64,000 nt of DNA, from assembly GCA_041665065.1 (NCBI GenBank), contig JBAYJM010000001.1, forward strand, positions 23,116 to 87,115, given 5' to 3'. The first letter of the stretch is position 1. Each line of letters starts with the position of its first letter. Below, one piece after another: positions 39,863 through 48,929 of the stretch. Made by a program: the position numbers and the translations under genes. Source of the stretch: Candidatus Buchananbacteria bacterium. GTDB lineage: Bacteria > Patescibacteriota > Patescibacteriia > 2-01-FULL-39-33. Under the pieces are notes generated by a model. The model did not search any database. It was not told the DNA's origin and saw only the letters and a list, made by a program, of their open reading frames with translations.

Positions 39863-41671
39863 ATGACTACAGAACAAAAAGAAGAATATTTATCCAAGGC
39901 AAAATTGATTTTAAATAGCAAGTCAAGGGCCATCAGTTCCGAAATTGAACGCATACCGGCTGAGTCAATGAAATTAAATGAATTAAAATATGGCTCGGCT
40001 GAAGATCAATTGACTTACCAAACGATGCTGGCGACATACAGAAGACGTTTTAATGATTTACAAAATCTTTATCCGTCGCCATATTTTTATTATTGCCTGG
40101 TGAAATTTGATGGCGAGGATGATTTCAGGGAGCTTTATTTTTCAAAATTTTCTTTTGATAATGAATCAATATACTCGTGGGCATCGCCGGTATCGCAAAT
40201 CAGGTTTGAATCGCCAGGGCGTTTTGTTTTTGAAACAAATGGCAACAAACAATCGGGATTTATGATTAAAAAAGATCAGTATTTGATCAATGAAAATAAA
40301 ATAATATTTCTGGCAACGGAAAATGGAGATAATCCAAGAGAATTAATTTACCAAGAATATTTTTCCACTCGTAAAACTGCTTTTGTCTTGCCGGAAATCG
40401 TCGCACAAATGGAAAAGGCGCAGGATCAAGTGGTCAGGGCATCATTTGGGGGATTATTGGCAGTGACCGGGCCGGCCGGATCTGGAAAAACAACTTTGGC
40501 TTTGCATCGTATTGCATATTTGCTTCAGGCTCCTGAGATGTCGGAAAAATTATCAGACAAAGATATTTTGGTTTTTGTCCAAGATGAAAGTACGCGCGAT
40601 TATTTTTCGCATTTGCTTCCTGATTTAGGAATTAAGGATGTTGAAATTACAACTTTGGCTTCTTGGGCGAAGCGAATTCTGCCGTTAGCTGGCTGGGAAA
40701 TTGTCGAGCATGAAAAAGACAGCGATGCTTCTTATGTTTGGGCAAAAATAACTGCTTTGCGGGATGGAAATAAGGCAACTTGGCGAAACGACTGGTTTAA
40801 TATTTTAAATGATAAATATGGCAAGCAGTTTAATGGCGAGCAATCTGTCAGATTATCGGCGCAAAAGAAAAATAAAGTCTTGGATCGTATAGATTTGGCA
40901 ATACTTTTGTCTGCAAAATATGAAGCAGATGGATTTTTCAATATTGAAAAAGAATATTATACTGTGGCCAAGGATATGGAGCTTAAAAAGAAAACCGGCA
41001 GATTTAAAGCCTCATACAAGCTGATGATTATTGATGAATTTCAGAATTATCTGTCGGAGCAGTTAGACTTGTTCGGTAGGGCAGTCAACGAAATCGACGG
41101 TGAAAGCGTTTATATTGGTGATTTTAATCAAAGAGTAAGATTGGGCACATCTTTAAATACAGAAAGCCTCGGACAAAATTTCTCAGCAGAGAGATTGGTA
41201 AAATTATCAAAAGTTTACCGTAATACTAAAGAAATATTATTATATTTACAGGGGCTTAGATATAAAGTTAATATTCCTGAGATGATAAAGTCTGGTCCGG
41301 AGGCTAAAGAATTGGCATTCTCACAAGCAGAAGAGGCACAATATATTGCAGATCAGATTGAAAATTTAAAAGAGGTAAGTGTCGGAATTCTTTCACACAA
41401 TGAAAAAACAGTGAATTTTTACAAAGAAAGATTTAAGGAATATAAAAATGTAAAAGCCATGTCTTTGACTGATTCGCAGGGCGTTGAGTTTGATACGGTT
41501 TTCCTGGCAGGAGTCGATGACGATTTATTATCAGTAAAACATTTGCCTCAGGAACTGCAGGGAGAAATGGCAAAAATAAAAAGGGACTTGCTCTATATTG
41601 CGCTGACTAGGGCGATGAATGGATTGCATGTTTTAGGTGAGAGGAAATTAAGTGATATAATTAAGGTATGA
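39863..41671 (+). CDS. HelD-like SF1 helicase-family ATPase (RNA polymerase recycling)
   Basis: SPYF, W.SP, IVA...QD.V.R, GPAGSGKTTLALHRIAYLL, IDEFQ, GDFNQ, YRNT, GVEFD, YIALTRA. Confidence 0.8.
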   Translation: MTTEQKEEYLSKAKLILNSKSRAISSEIERIPAESMKLNELKYGSAEDQLTYQTMLATYRRRFNDLQNLYPSPYFYYCLVKFDGEDDFRELYFSKFSFDNESIYSWASPVSQIRFESPGRFVFETNGNKQSGFMIKKDQYLINENKIIFLATENGDNPRELIYQEYFSTRKTAFVLPEIVAQMEKAQDQVVRASFGGLLAVTGPAGSGKTTLALHRIAYLLQAPEMSEKLSDKDILVFVQDESTRDYFSHLLPDLGIKDVEITTLASWAKRILPLAGWEIVEHEKDSDASYVWAKITALRDGNKATWRNDWFNILNDKYGKQFNGEQSVRLSAQKKNKVLDRIDLAILLSAKYEADGFFNIEKEYYTVAKDMELKKKTGRFKASYKLMIIDEFQNYLSEQLDLFGRAVNEIDGESVYIGDFNQRVRLGTSLNTESLGQNFSAERLVKLSKVYRNTKEILLYLQGLRYKVNIPEMIKSGPEAKELAFSQAEEAQYIADQIENLKEVSVGILSHNEKTVNFYKERFKEYKNVKAMSLTDSQGVEFDTVFLAGVDDDLLSVKHLPQELQGEMAKIKRDLLYIALTRAMNGLHVLGERKLSDIIKV

Positions 41672-42270
41672 ATAATCCAAAAATAATTTTTATAGATTGG
41701 CACAAGACATTATCAAATTCGTTTTTCTGGTCTGGCAATTTAAAATATTCTGATGTATTTTTTAAGCATAATAGGGAATTAATTAATCCGTGGATGAGAG
41801 GCGAATATACCGCAGAAGAAGTTTGTAAAATTTTATCTGACCAGAATAACTTTGATTTTGATGATGTTTTAAAAAGTTTACGAGAAAGCTGTGGCAGGAT
41901 GACCTTTGTTTCTGACAAAATTCCAGAGTTGATCAAAAATATCAGATCAAAAGGAATTAAGGTTATTGTCGCAACTGATAATATGGACACTTTCTCTCGA
42001 TTTACAATTCCGGAATTGGATTTAAAAAATATTTTTGATGATTTTTTGCTCTCTTATGATCTTAAGGTTTTGAAAAATGATGTAGGAGAAAATTCAATTC
42101 CATTTTTTGACGATTATTTAAATAAAAATTCATTGGATTATAGAGATTGTGTTTTATTGGATGATAGCGGATCGAGTTCGGTTTATGATAGCCTTGGGTT
42201 TAAATCAGTAATGATTGGAAATGGCGATGAGTTATTAGATGTTTTAGAAAATATACTGAAAATTAATTAA
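41668..42270 (+). CDS. HAD-superfamily hydrolase
   Basis: FIDWHKTL motif I variant, ATDN, K, LDDS. Confidence 0.75.
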   Translation: MNNPKIIFIDWHKTLSNSFFWSGNLKYSDVFFKHNRELINPWMRGEYTAEEVCKILSDQNNFDFDDVLKSLRESCGRMTFVSDKIPELIKNIRSKGIKVIVATDNMDTFSRFTIPELDLKNIFDDFLLSYDLKVLKNDVGENSIPFFDDYLNKNSLDYRDCVLLDDSGSSSVYDSLGFKSVMIGNGDELLDVLENILKIN

Positions 42271-42277
42271 TAAAATA

Positions 42278-42928
42278 ATGAAAGGAATAATAATCGACGG
42301 TGTTGCATCATCTGGAAAAACAATGATTTTTCAGCTCCTGCAAAAAAAGCTTGTAGAATTCAAGCCATCGACGACTAAACTATTTATCAGCGAACATTAT
42401 ACTCAAAGAATGATTGAACATCTAAGAGATGATGGAAGTTTGAACGGAGGCGATATTAAAAAGCATATTGAAAAAATAATTACTGTTTTATCAGAATTTC
42501 AAAACATGTTGGAAGCCTCAAAATTTAATAATCAGCAGGCAAATGCAGACTCTATTGTCGTATTAGAAAGATTTATTTTAACGCATTTTGTTTCGCAAAA
42601 AAATGAAGATGATTTTTCAATAGACGATGCAAAAATTTATTTTACTAAATTAAAAAATTTTAATATAAAGCAAATTCTATTAATTATTCCACAAAACAAA
42701 ATAAGAGAAAGGATAATGTCGACCTTGAATTATCGAAATGACGCCTGGAAAGAATATTTGCTTTCAAAGGGCAGTGAAGATCAAATAATTGAGGAATATA
42801 TAAAATGGCAAGAAAAATGTATTAAATACGCTGGAATTTTTAAAGATTTTATCGACACTGAAGTTATAGAAGTAAAAGAAAATGATTATGATAATTATGT
42901 CGAAAAGATTTTAAAATCATTAACATGA
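42278..42928 (+). CDS. P-loop nucleoside/nucleotide kinase-like protein
   Basis: IIDGVASSGKT, VLERF. Confidence 0.7.
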   Translation: MKGIIIDGVASSGKTMIFQLLQKKLVEFKPSTTKLFISEHYTQRMIEHLRDDGSLNGGDIKKHIEKIITVLSEFQNMLEASKFNNQQANADSIVVLERFILTHFVSQKNEDDFSIDDAKIYFTKLKNFNIKQILLIIPQNKIRERIMSTLNYRNDAWKEYLLSKGSEDQIIEEYIKWQEKCIKYAGIFKDFIDTEVIEVKENDYDNYVEKILKSLT

Positions 42929-43001
42929 ATAAATCACTCAAAATTCGTATATTTTTCCATTTATGGTATAATTTTAAGTAAATTAGCAAAGATATAGTAA
43001 T

Positions 43002-43913
43002 ATGCCCAGGGAGAAGAAAATTTGCCTATTGTTTTTCGGCGATTATTGTTCCCAAGACCAAATGAGCGTTTGGTTGGAAAATATTCCAGAGCTGAAGGTT
43101 TTAAATAAAATTGAGCCAATCTTTGTTTTTGGTAAAAACACCGTTGAAGTTATGGTCGGTGATTGGTTGAGGTTGGCAAAAATAATTTCTGATTCAGCTG
43201 AAAAATACGACGGCTTTGTTGTACTTCACAACATAGAAAATTTGCTTTTTTCTTCCGCGGCTATTTCCTTTCTCTTGCCTAATTTTGCAAAACCAATAGT
43301 TTTTACGGGCGGCTTAAGTCCAAAGGCTAAAGATTCAGGCATAAAATCCAATATAATAAATGCATGCCAATTAGCGGGTCATCCTTTGGCTGAAGTCTGC
43401 CTTCTTTTTGGCAATAAAATTTTGCGCGCTAACCAGGCTTCAAGAAATTATTCTTCGTCTCTTAATTTATTTCAGGCATCATCTAGCGGTTCATTGGGAC
43501 AAATAGATTTCAGTATAAGAATTTTCAATCAAACCAAAAGGGATATAGAAAACAAAGTGAAAATGGTCTCAGATTTGGAAGAAAATATTTTAATAGTAGA
43601 GGCTACACCAATATTGTCGATTGCTTCTCTTAAGGATGCTATTAAAAATAAAAAGGGCTTATTAGTTAAGGCCGATGTTAATAAAATTTCTTCAATAGTT
43701 ATAAGTGCATTAGAGGAAATATCTAAAAAAATGCCAGTTGTGATTTTCGGCAAACAGCAAACAGACCAATTGCCCGACGGATTTATTGTGGTTTCTAATA
43801 TGACTCTAGAGGCCAGTATTATTAAGTTGATGTGGTCATTAAAACAAGTAGCCGCACCCACAAAAATAAAAGACTTAATGCATAAGAATGTGGCAGGAGA
43901 AATAATTATATGA
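43002..43913 (+). CDS. Asparaginase-fold protein lacking catalytic motifs
   Basis: YDGFVVLH, KPIVFTG, EVCLLFG.KILRAN, MTLEA..KLMW.L retained; TGGT and HGTDT replaced. Confidence 0.8.
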   Translation: MPREKKICLLFFGDYCSQDQMSVWLENIPELKVLNKIEPIFVFGKNTVEVMVGDWLRLAKIISDSAEKYDGFVVLHNIENLLFSSAAISFLLPNFAKPIVFTGGLSPKAKDSGIKSNIINACQLAGHPLAEVCLLFGNKILRANQASRNYSSSLNLFQASSSGSLGQIDFSIRIFNQTKRDIENKVKMVSDLEENILIVEATPILSIASLKDAIKNKKGLLVKADVNKISSIVISALEEISKKMPVVIFGKQQTDQLPDGFIVVSNMTLEASIIKLMWSLKQVAAPTKIKDLMHKNVAGEIII

Positions 43914-44509
43914 AAATCTATTTTTCCGTTGCCCAAAATACAGAAAAGAATACTGATTTAGCAGAGCAGGTTGTTAGGATTTTAAATCAGGCCGGTATAT
44001 TAGTTCTGAGTAATTATAAGCAGGAGGATATTTTTGAATTTGCAGAGCAGGATTTAGAAAGAGTGGAGAATTCCGGTGAATCTATTTTGAAAAAGATAGA
44101 TGCCATAATAATTGACAGTAATTCGTCCACGGAAGAAAGCGGTTATTTAATAGCTCTAGCCTTAACCCATAAAAAACCGATTTTATATCTTGCAGAGAAA
44201 GGAAATGTTTTGGACAGGCATCTGTCGGGATTGCTGAAAAACAAGGATGTGGCTAAAATACTAAAGGTTGCATTTTATTATGATCAGAATTTAGAAAAAG
44301 TGATTTTGAAATTCATCACGGAAATTGAAACTGGCTATGGTATTGAAAATCCAAATATCAAATTCACTTTAAGAATTACTTCCAGAATTGAGCGTTATTT
44401 ATATTGGAAAACTCATAATACAAAGACATCCAAGGCCGATTACTTACGTGATATCCTAGAAAAAATGATCGCTGAAGATGAGGAGTATAAAAAATATTTG
44501 AAGGAATAA
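43910..44509 (+). CDS. Nucleoside 2-deoxyribosyltransferase-like domain plus C-terminal ribbon-helix-helix
   Basis: MKIYFS, DAII...S...GY..ALA...KPILYL; KFTLRI...SKADYLR.IL. Confidence 0.65.
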   Translation: MKIYFSVAQNTEKNTDLAEQVVRILNQAGILVLSNYKQEDIFEFAEQDLERVENSGESILKKIDAIIIDSNSSTEESGYLIALALTHKKPILYLAEKGNVLDRHLSGLLKNKDVAKILKVAFYYDQNLEKVILKFITEIETGYGIENPNIKFTLRITSRIERYLYWKTHNTKTSKADYLRDILEKMIAEDEEYKKYLKE

Positions 44510-44549
44510 AAGCTAGTAAAATTTTCCCGCATTGAGCGGGATTTTTTTA

Positions 44550-44704
44550 TTGACTTAATGTCTAAAATTGCTATAATTAGATTAGTTATCCAAGCCGTCG
44601 CATAGATATCGCCGTCGGTATAAACTAATAATACAGACCAATAAGTATAAAAAACAATAAACAATTAAAGAATTACTTATAGCCGTCGCTAGTCATAGCC
44701 GTCG
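44550..44704 (+). promoter_or_regulatory. Promoter plus four GCCGTCG direct repeats
   Basis: TTGACT-N16-TATAAT (44550-44577); GCCGTCG at 44594, 44611, 44682 and 44698. Confidence 0.6.
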
Positions 44705-44732
44705 TAAAAAAAGTGGATAAAGTCGTAAAAAT

Positions 44733-44957
44733 ATGGATAGGGAAATAAAAATTGGAGATTGCATCAGAATTGAATTGGATGGGCAGATTATGGAATTGAA
44801 TATTATTGATGTTTTGCAGAAAGACATGGCATACAATGCCATTACTGCATCTTCGCCATTAGCTCAAGTGGTTTTAGGAATGCAGCGCGGTGAAACGGTA
44901 GAATTCAAATCACCAAGTGGATTAAAATGTTGTCGTATATTAGAAATTATTTCTTAA
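44733..44957 (+). CDS. GreA/GreB C-terminal-domain-only protein (Rnk-like)
   Basis: IKIGD.I, I...SPLAQ.VLG...GETV....PSG....ILEI; no coiled coil. Confidence 0.75.
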   Translation: MDREIKIGDCIRIELDGQIMELNIIDVLQKDMAYNAITASSPLAQVVLGMQRGETVEFKSPSGLKCCRILEIIS

Positions 44958-45115
44958 GTTGAAAGTCTTTATTAATTTCTGCCACTATGATAGGGGCAGA
45001 GATCAGGAGGGATTTTTCTTTCTTTGTTCCAGTACTTTGACATCGAAAAAGTAGTTACAATTAACTTGAACCAAAGTCTTCCTATACACCATTACGCCAT
45101 GGAAGGAAAATCATC

Positions 45116-46471
45116 ATGATAGCATCCATCACGAGGCCACTTAATGCTCAACTTGAAATCACTGACAAATGCAATCTTCGGTGCCGTCACTGTTACCATC
45201 TTGACTCCGATTGTGAAAGACATAGTCAAGACCTATCCGATGATCAGGTGATGGAGCTGGTCGAGAAGCTTATAGCTTCTAAAGTGTTCTCGGTTGTTGT
45301 GACTGGTGGCGAGCCGCTCGTACGCAAAGGACTAACCAAGAAGATTATCCGTCGTCTTAAACAAGAAGACATCGATACCTCCCTTAATACAAACCTGTTA
45401 CTTCTAGACAGGGTAAGTCTTGAGGATCTCCTGGCCTGTAAGCTCGACGGTATGCTTGTCTCTTGCACAACGTCCGATTCCGAACTTTACGACCTTATGA
45501 CTCGGGGTGGTAATTATCACCAATTCGAGACAAAGGTTAAAATGCTAGTCACATTGGGACAGCACTTCGCCGTAAATATGGTCGTCAACCGCCATAACAT
45601 CGGGCATATCCGAAAAACAGCAACACGAATGCGAGATATCGGCGTTAAGGTATTTGGCGCAACGCCGATGGGTCTTAACGCCACCAATCCCGACCTTGAG
45701 AACCTTCTTGAAGTAGACCAGGTCAAGTTGCTTGTTGAAGATCTTATCTGGGCACAGGAGCATCTTAACCTCAAAACCGACATATTTGAAGCATTGCCAA
45801 AGTGCGTCTTCCCGGCATGGGTTCGATCAAGGGACTATGCCTTTCTCAACCGCAAGTGCCAGGCTGGCAAAACTATTGCGTCCATTGCCAATAATGGTGA
45901 CGTCCGAGCTTGTTCCCATAATCCCGATGTCTATGGCAACTTGTTTAACGAGTCGATCGAAAGCATCTGGTCGAAAATGGGAGCATGGCGTGATCAGCGC
46001 ACCGCGCCTGGTCGCTGTCTCGGCTGCAAGCTTGTTGGCAGCTGTTACGGAGGATGTAGGATTACCGCCCGCACGTTCACTGGAGATCATCAAGGCGAAG
46101 ATCCGTGGATGGACAAACCACTCTCCGTCAATGATATGCCCCAACGAAAAGTCAATGGTTTGTCCCTTGGACTGGACACAACACTAACTTTCGCCGACAA
46201 ATTACATTGGCGTCAAGAAACCGAAGAAGACTACCTTATGTCGTCAACCCGGGGCAACCGGAATATTACAATGGTTAACAGACCACTTCTGGAATTTGCC
46301 CAGGAATTAAGACGCCTATCGCCAATATCACTAGAGCATCTTGCCAGGGTTGCCGGTTGCAATCCTGGTGATGCCGAGTTTCAAAGAGTCCTTACGTTGC
46401 TTGTAACTAGGGGGTTTGTATACCCACAACAACCAGGAAGAAAGGAGGAACGCTATGTCTCGACCATTTAA
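45116..46471 (+). CDS. Radical SAM/SPASM peptide maturase with C-terminal RRE-like domain
   Basis: CNLRCRHC, TGGEP; SPASM CQAG..GDVRAC..GN..IW..CLGC.....C.GGC; ~95-aa beta/helix tail ending L..LV.RGFV. Confidence 0.9.
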   Translation: MIASITRPLNAQLEITDKCNLRCRHCYHLDSDCERHSQDLSDDQVMELVEKLIASKVFSVVVTGGEPLVRKGLTKKIIRRLKQEDIDTSLNTNLLLLDRVSLEDLLACKLDGMLVSCTTSDSELYDLMTRGGNYHQFETKVKMLVTLGQHFAVNMVVNRHNIGHIRKTATRMRDIGVKVFGATPMGLNATNPDLENLLEVDQVKLLVEDLIWAQEHLNLKTDIFEALPKCVFPAWVRSRDYAFLNRKCQAGKTIASIANNGDVRACSHNPDVYGNLFNESIESIWSKMGAWRDQRTAPGRCLGCKLVGSCYGGCRITARTFTGDHQGEDPWMDKPLSVNDMPQRKVNGLSLGLDTTLTFADKLHWRQETEEDYLMSSTRGNRNITMVNRPLLEFAQELRRLSPISLEHLARVAGCNPGDAEFQRVLTLLVTRGFVYPQQPGRKEERYVSTI

Positions 46472-46595
46472 TTTCGCCGCAATGCAAGTTAAGCCGGTAA
46501 ACACCGTCGACAACTGCTTTGACTGCGACTGTGGCGATGGCGGTGGCGATGGCGGCTGCGTCTCGTGCGACAGTTGCGATTGCGACAGCGAATAG
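46455..46595 (+). CDS. Putative RiPP precursor, 46 aa: MSRPFNFAAMQVKPVNTVDNCFDCDCGDGGGDGGCVSCDSCDCDSE
   Basis: SD AAGGAGG at 46442-46448; overlaps the rSAM stop; 7 Cys and four CX3D motifs; downstream hairpin GGACCTA..TAGGTCC. Confidence 0.85.
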   Translation: MSRPFNFAAMQVKPVNTVDNCFDCDCGDGGGDGGCVSCDSCDCDSE

Positions 46596-46663
46596 TTTCG
46601 AATTTTACCCCTCTTTGCGGACCTATCCTTGCGGTAGGTCCATTATTTTTATAAAATATTAAT

Positions 46664-47317
46664 ATGTCTCTTAATTTTGAATACAACCTCAAAAAAGACG
46701 CCGAGAATCATCGGGCCATAGCTCACGCTAAATATATTGGCAAACCATCAAAAGTGATTGAATATTTTCAAGTAAAATTTGGGGGTGATTTCAGTGATGA
46801 TAAACTCAAACGATTTATAAAAGGACTTATTGATTATAATAAAATTGATATTGATCAAAAAGTCTTAGATTTTAAATCAACTTGGCAACAGGTAGAATTA
46901 GAATTTGAATTACGAATGAAAAACCTATTTGGTGATATTTTATCATTAGATATGTTTACCGCATATATTACAACAAATGATCGCTGTACGTATTCAACTA
47001 GAGATAATAGTTTTTTTCTTACTGTATTTAGTAAGCAACCAAGACTTGTCATTAGTCACGAACTATTTCATCTCTTTACTTGCCAAATCTTTAGCAAAGA
47101 ACTTAATGCAATGCCACAAAAGGCTGCCTATGACACAAAAGAATCACTCACCGAATTACTTAACTTTACATGCAAAGATATAATAGGAGCTCCAGATCTT
47201 GGATATGACCAACATAGAGAGTTGCGTAAGTTAATTTGTGAACTATGGCCAAAGAACAACAATCTAAAAAAAATATTTAATAAAGTTGCTAATGCAGCAC
47301 AATCTAAACACAACTAA
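46664..47317 (+). CDS. HExxH-motif protein, putative metallopeptidase
   Basis: ISHELFH with downstream KESLT glutamate. Confidence 0.6.
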   Translation: MSLNFEYNLKKDAENHRAIAHAKYIGKPSKVIEYFQVKFGGDFSDDKLKRFIKGLIDYNKIDIDQKVLDFKSTWQQVELEFELRMKNLFGDILSLDMFTAYITTNDRCTYSTRDNSFFLTVFSKQPRLVISHELFHLFTCQIFSKELNAMPQKAAYDTKESLTELLNFTCKDIIGAPDLGYDQHRELRKLICELWPKNNNLKKIFNKVANAAQSKHN

Positions 47318-47393
47318 ATTGTAATTCATTACTTAATTTTATAAAGACGCTTAGATTTTTTTAAAATATGAAGATATCTAAACGAAAGAAAAT

Positions 47394-48005
47394 ATGGATT
47401 ACAACAACAGCTATAAAAAACATCATCAATTGTGGGGCAATATGCCAAACAATTTAATAACAATGTTTGAAGGTGAGTTTGAACAAAATTGTAACTGTCT
47501 TGATTTAGGCTCCGGCCAAGGTCGTGATTCACTATATCTCGCTGGGAAGAATTTTAAAGTAACATCGGTTGACTCATCTGGGGTTGGAGTTGATCAATTA
47601 AAAGGTAAATCCATTGAACAGGGGCTTGTCTCAAATTTAGAATTAATATGTGAAGACGTATTGTCATTTAATATTCCCACACAAAAATTTAAAGTTATAA
47701 ATGCGATTAATTTGCTACAATTTTTACCCCGCCAACAAAGCTTATTGCTTATAGATAATATAAGAAAATCCATCGCTAACTCTGGCTTTATTATAATTAA
47801 GGCTTTTACCGTTAATGACTCCTCTTTTATTAAAAAGAGAGATAATAAAAATATGACATTCTTTTACCCCGATGAACTTAAAGGAATATTTAATGATTTT
47901 AAGATTAGACATTATTTTGAATATATTACCCTAGATCAGGGGCATGGGGACACTCCTGAGCCACATTTGCATGGAATAGTTGAAATTGTGGCACAAAAAA
48001 TTTGA
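47394..48005 (+). CDS. TehB-like class I SAM methyltransferase
   Basis: LDLGSGQGRDSLYLA, VDSS, ELK..F..F. Confidence 0.85.
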   Translation: MDYNNSYKKHHQLWGNMPNNLITMFEGEFEQNCNCLDLGSGQGRDSLYLAGKNFKVTSVDSSGVGVDQLKGKSIEQGLVSNLELICEDVLSFNIPTQKFKVINAINLLQFLPRQQSLLLIDNIRKSIANSGFIIIKAFTVNDSSFIKKRDNKNMTFFYPDELKGIFNDFKIRHYFEYITLDQGHGDTPEPHLHGIVEIVAQKI

Positions 48006-48236
48006 GTTTTGTTTAAATTGTAGCTGCGTATCTTTTTGCAAATATAAACAATTAATCGATTTAATATTTAAATGGTTTATAAATTCCGCCGTTTGGCGGT
48101 TTTTTTGTTTTTTTGGTATAATATAAATATAATCTATATTATGCTTTTAAATATTTATAAGATAATAGGCTTTATCCCTGGCTGACTACTTACGGAATTC
48201 TCTTGAAATGATATGTTATAAAAACTGATTTAAAAT

Positions 48237-48920
48237 ATGGCTGCAATTATTATTCTTTTAGTTCTCGCTTCGTTATTTAATCTTGCTTTGACGTTTATTG
48301 TTTGGCGCAGGAATTATAAAAGTCCAATGAATATTTTTTATTCCTTGGCAAATCTTGGTGTTTTTTTCTGGGTTATTTGTCAGGTTGGCATATTTATGCC
48401 AGTCAATGCTGAAATGTTATATTTTTCCTGGATTGCAAGTTATATCTCCGGAGCTTTTATTGCAGTCAACGTGGCGATCTTTAGTTTTTATTTCCCTTTC
48501 GCTAAAAATATAAACAAAAAGATAATTTTTATTATTTATTTATTGTTTTTTGTCTTGTTATTTTTATTATTTATCCCAGGATTTATTGTTAACCCAATGA
48601 CGTCAGTAACTGGTTATTCGTCGTCATTAGAATTAAAGGCTTCTTTATGGGGGTCTGTTATTTATGGTGTTTATTTTGTAATCATGTTTTATATATTTTT
48701 TAATAATTTTATAAAAAAATATATCAATATAGATGGATTTGCTAAGTCGCAAATTAAATTAATTTTAATTGGTGTTTCCGCAATCTTGCTTATGGGTCTT
48801 ATAACAAATGTAATAGCACCTATTTATATCGGGTCAAATATCGGTTGGATTGGGCCATTATCTTCTGTTATTATGGCTTTTTTTGCCCTTCATCTTTTAT
48901 ACTTTAAGCAGGATAAATAG
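48237..48920 (+). CDS. Stand-alone HisKA_7TM-like membrane sensor domain
   Basis: Seven hydrophobic segments similar to the N-terminus of 51035-53287. Confidence 0.7.
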   Translation: MAAIIILLVLASLFNLALTFIVWRRNYKSPMNIFYSLANLGVFFWVICQVGIFMPVNAEMLYFSWIASYISGAFIAVNVAIFSFYFPFAKNINKKIIFIIYLLFFVLLFLLFIPGFIVNPMTSVTGYSSSLELKASLWGSVIYGVYFVIMFYIFFNNFIKKYINIDGFAKSQIKLILIGVSAILLMGLITNVIAPIYIGSNIGWIGPLSSVIMAFFALHLLYFKQDK

Positions 48921-48929
48921 ATTTAACTT

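Noticed and set aside
46489-46692. Minus-strand ORF with RHRHRH repeats
   Set aside because: Antisense shadow of the Cys/Asp/Gly codons of the precursor
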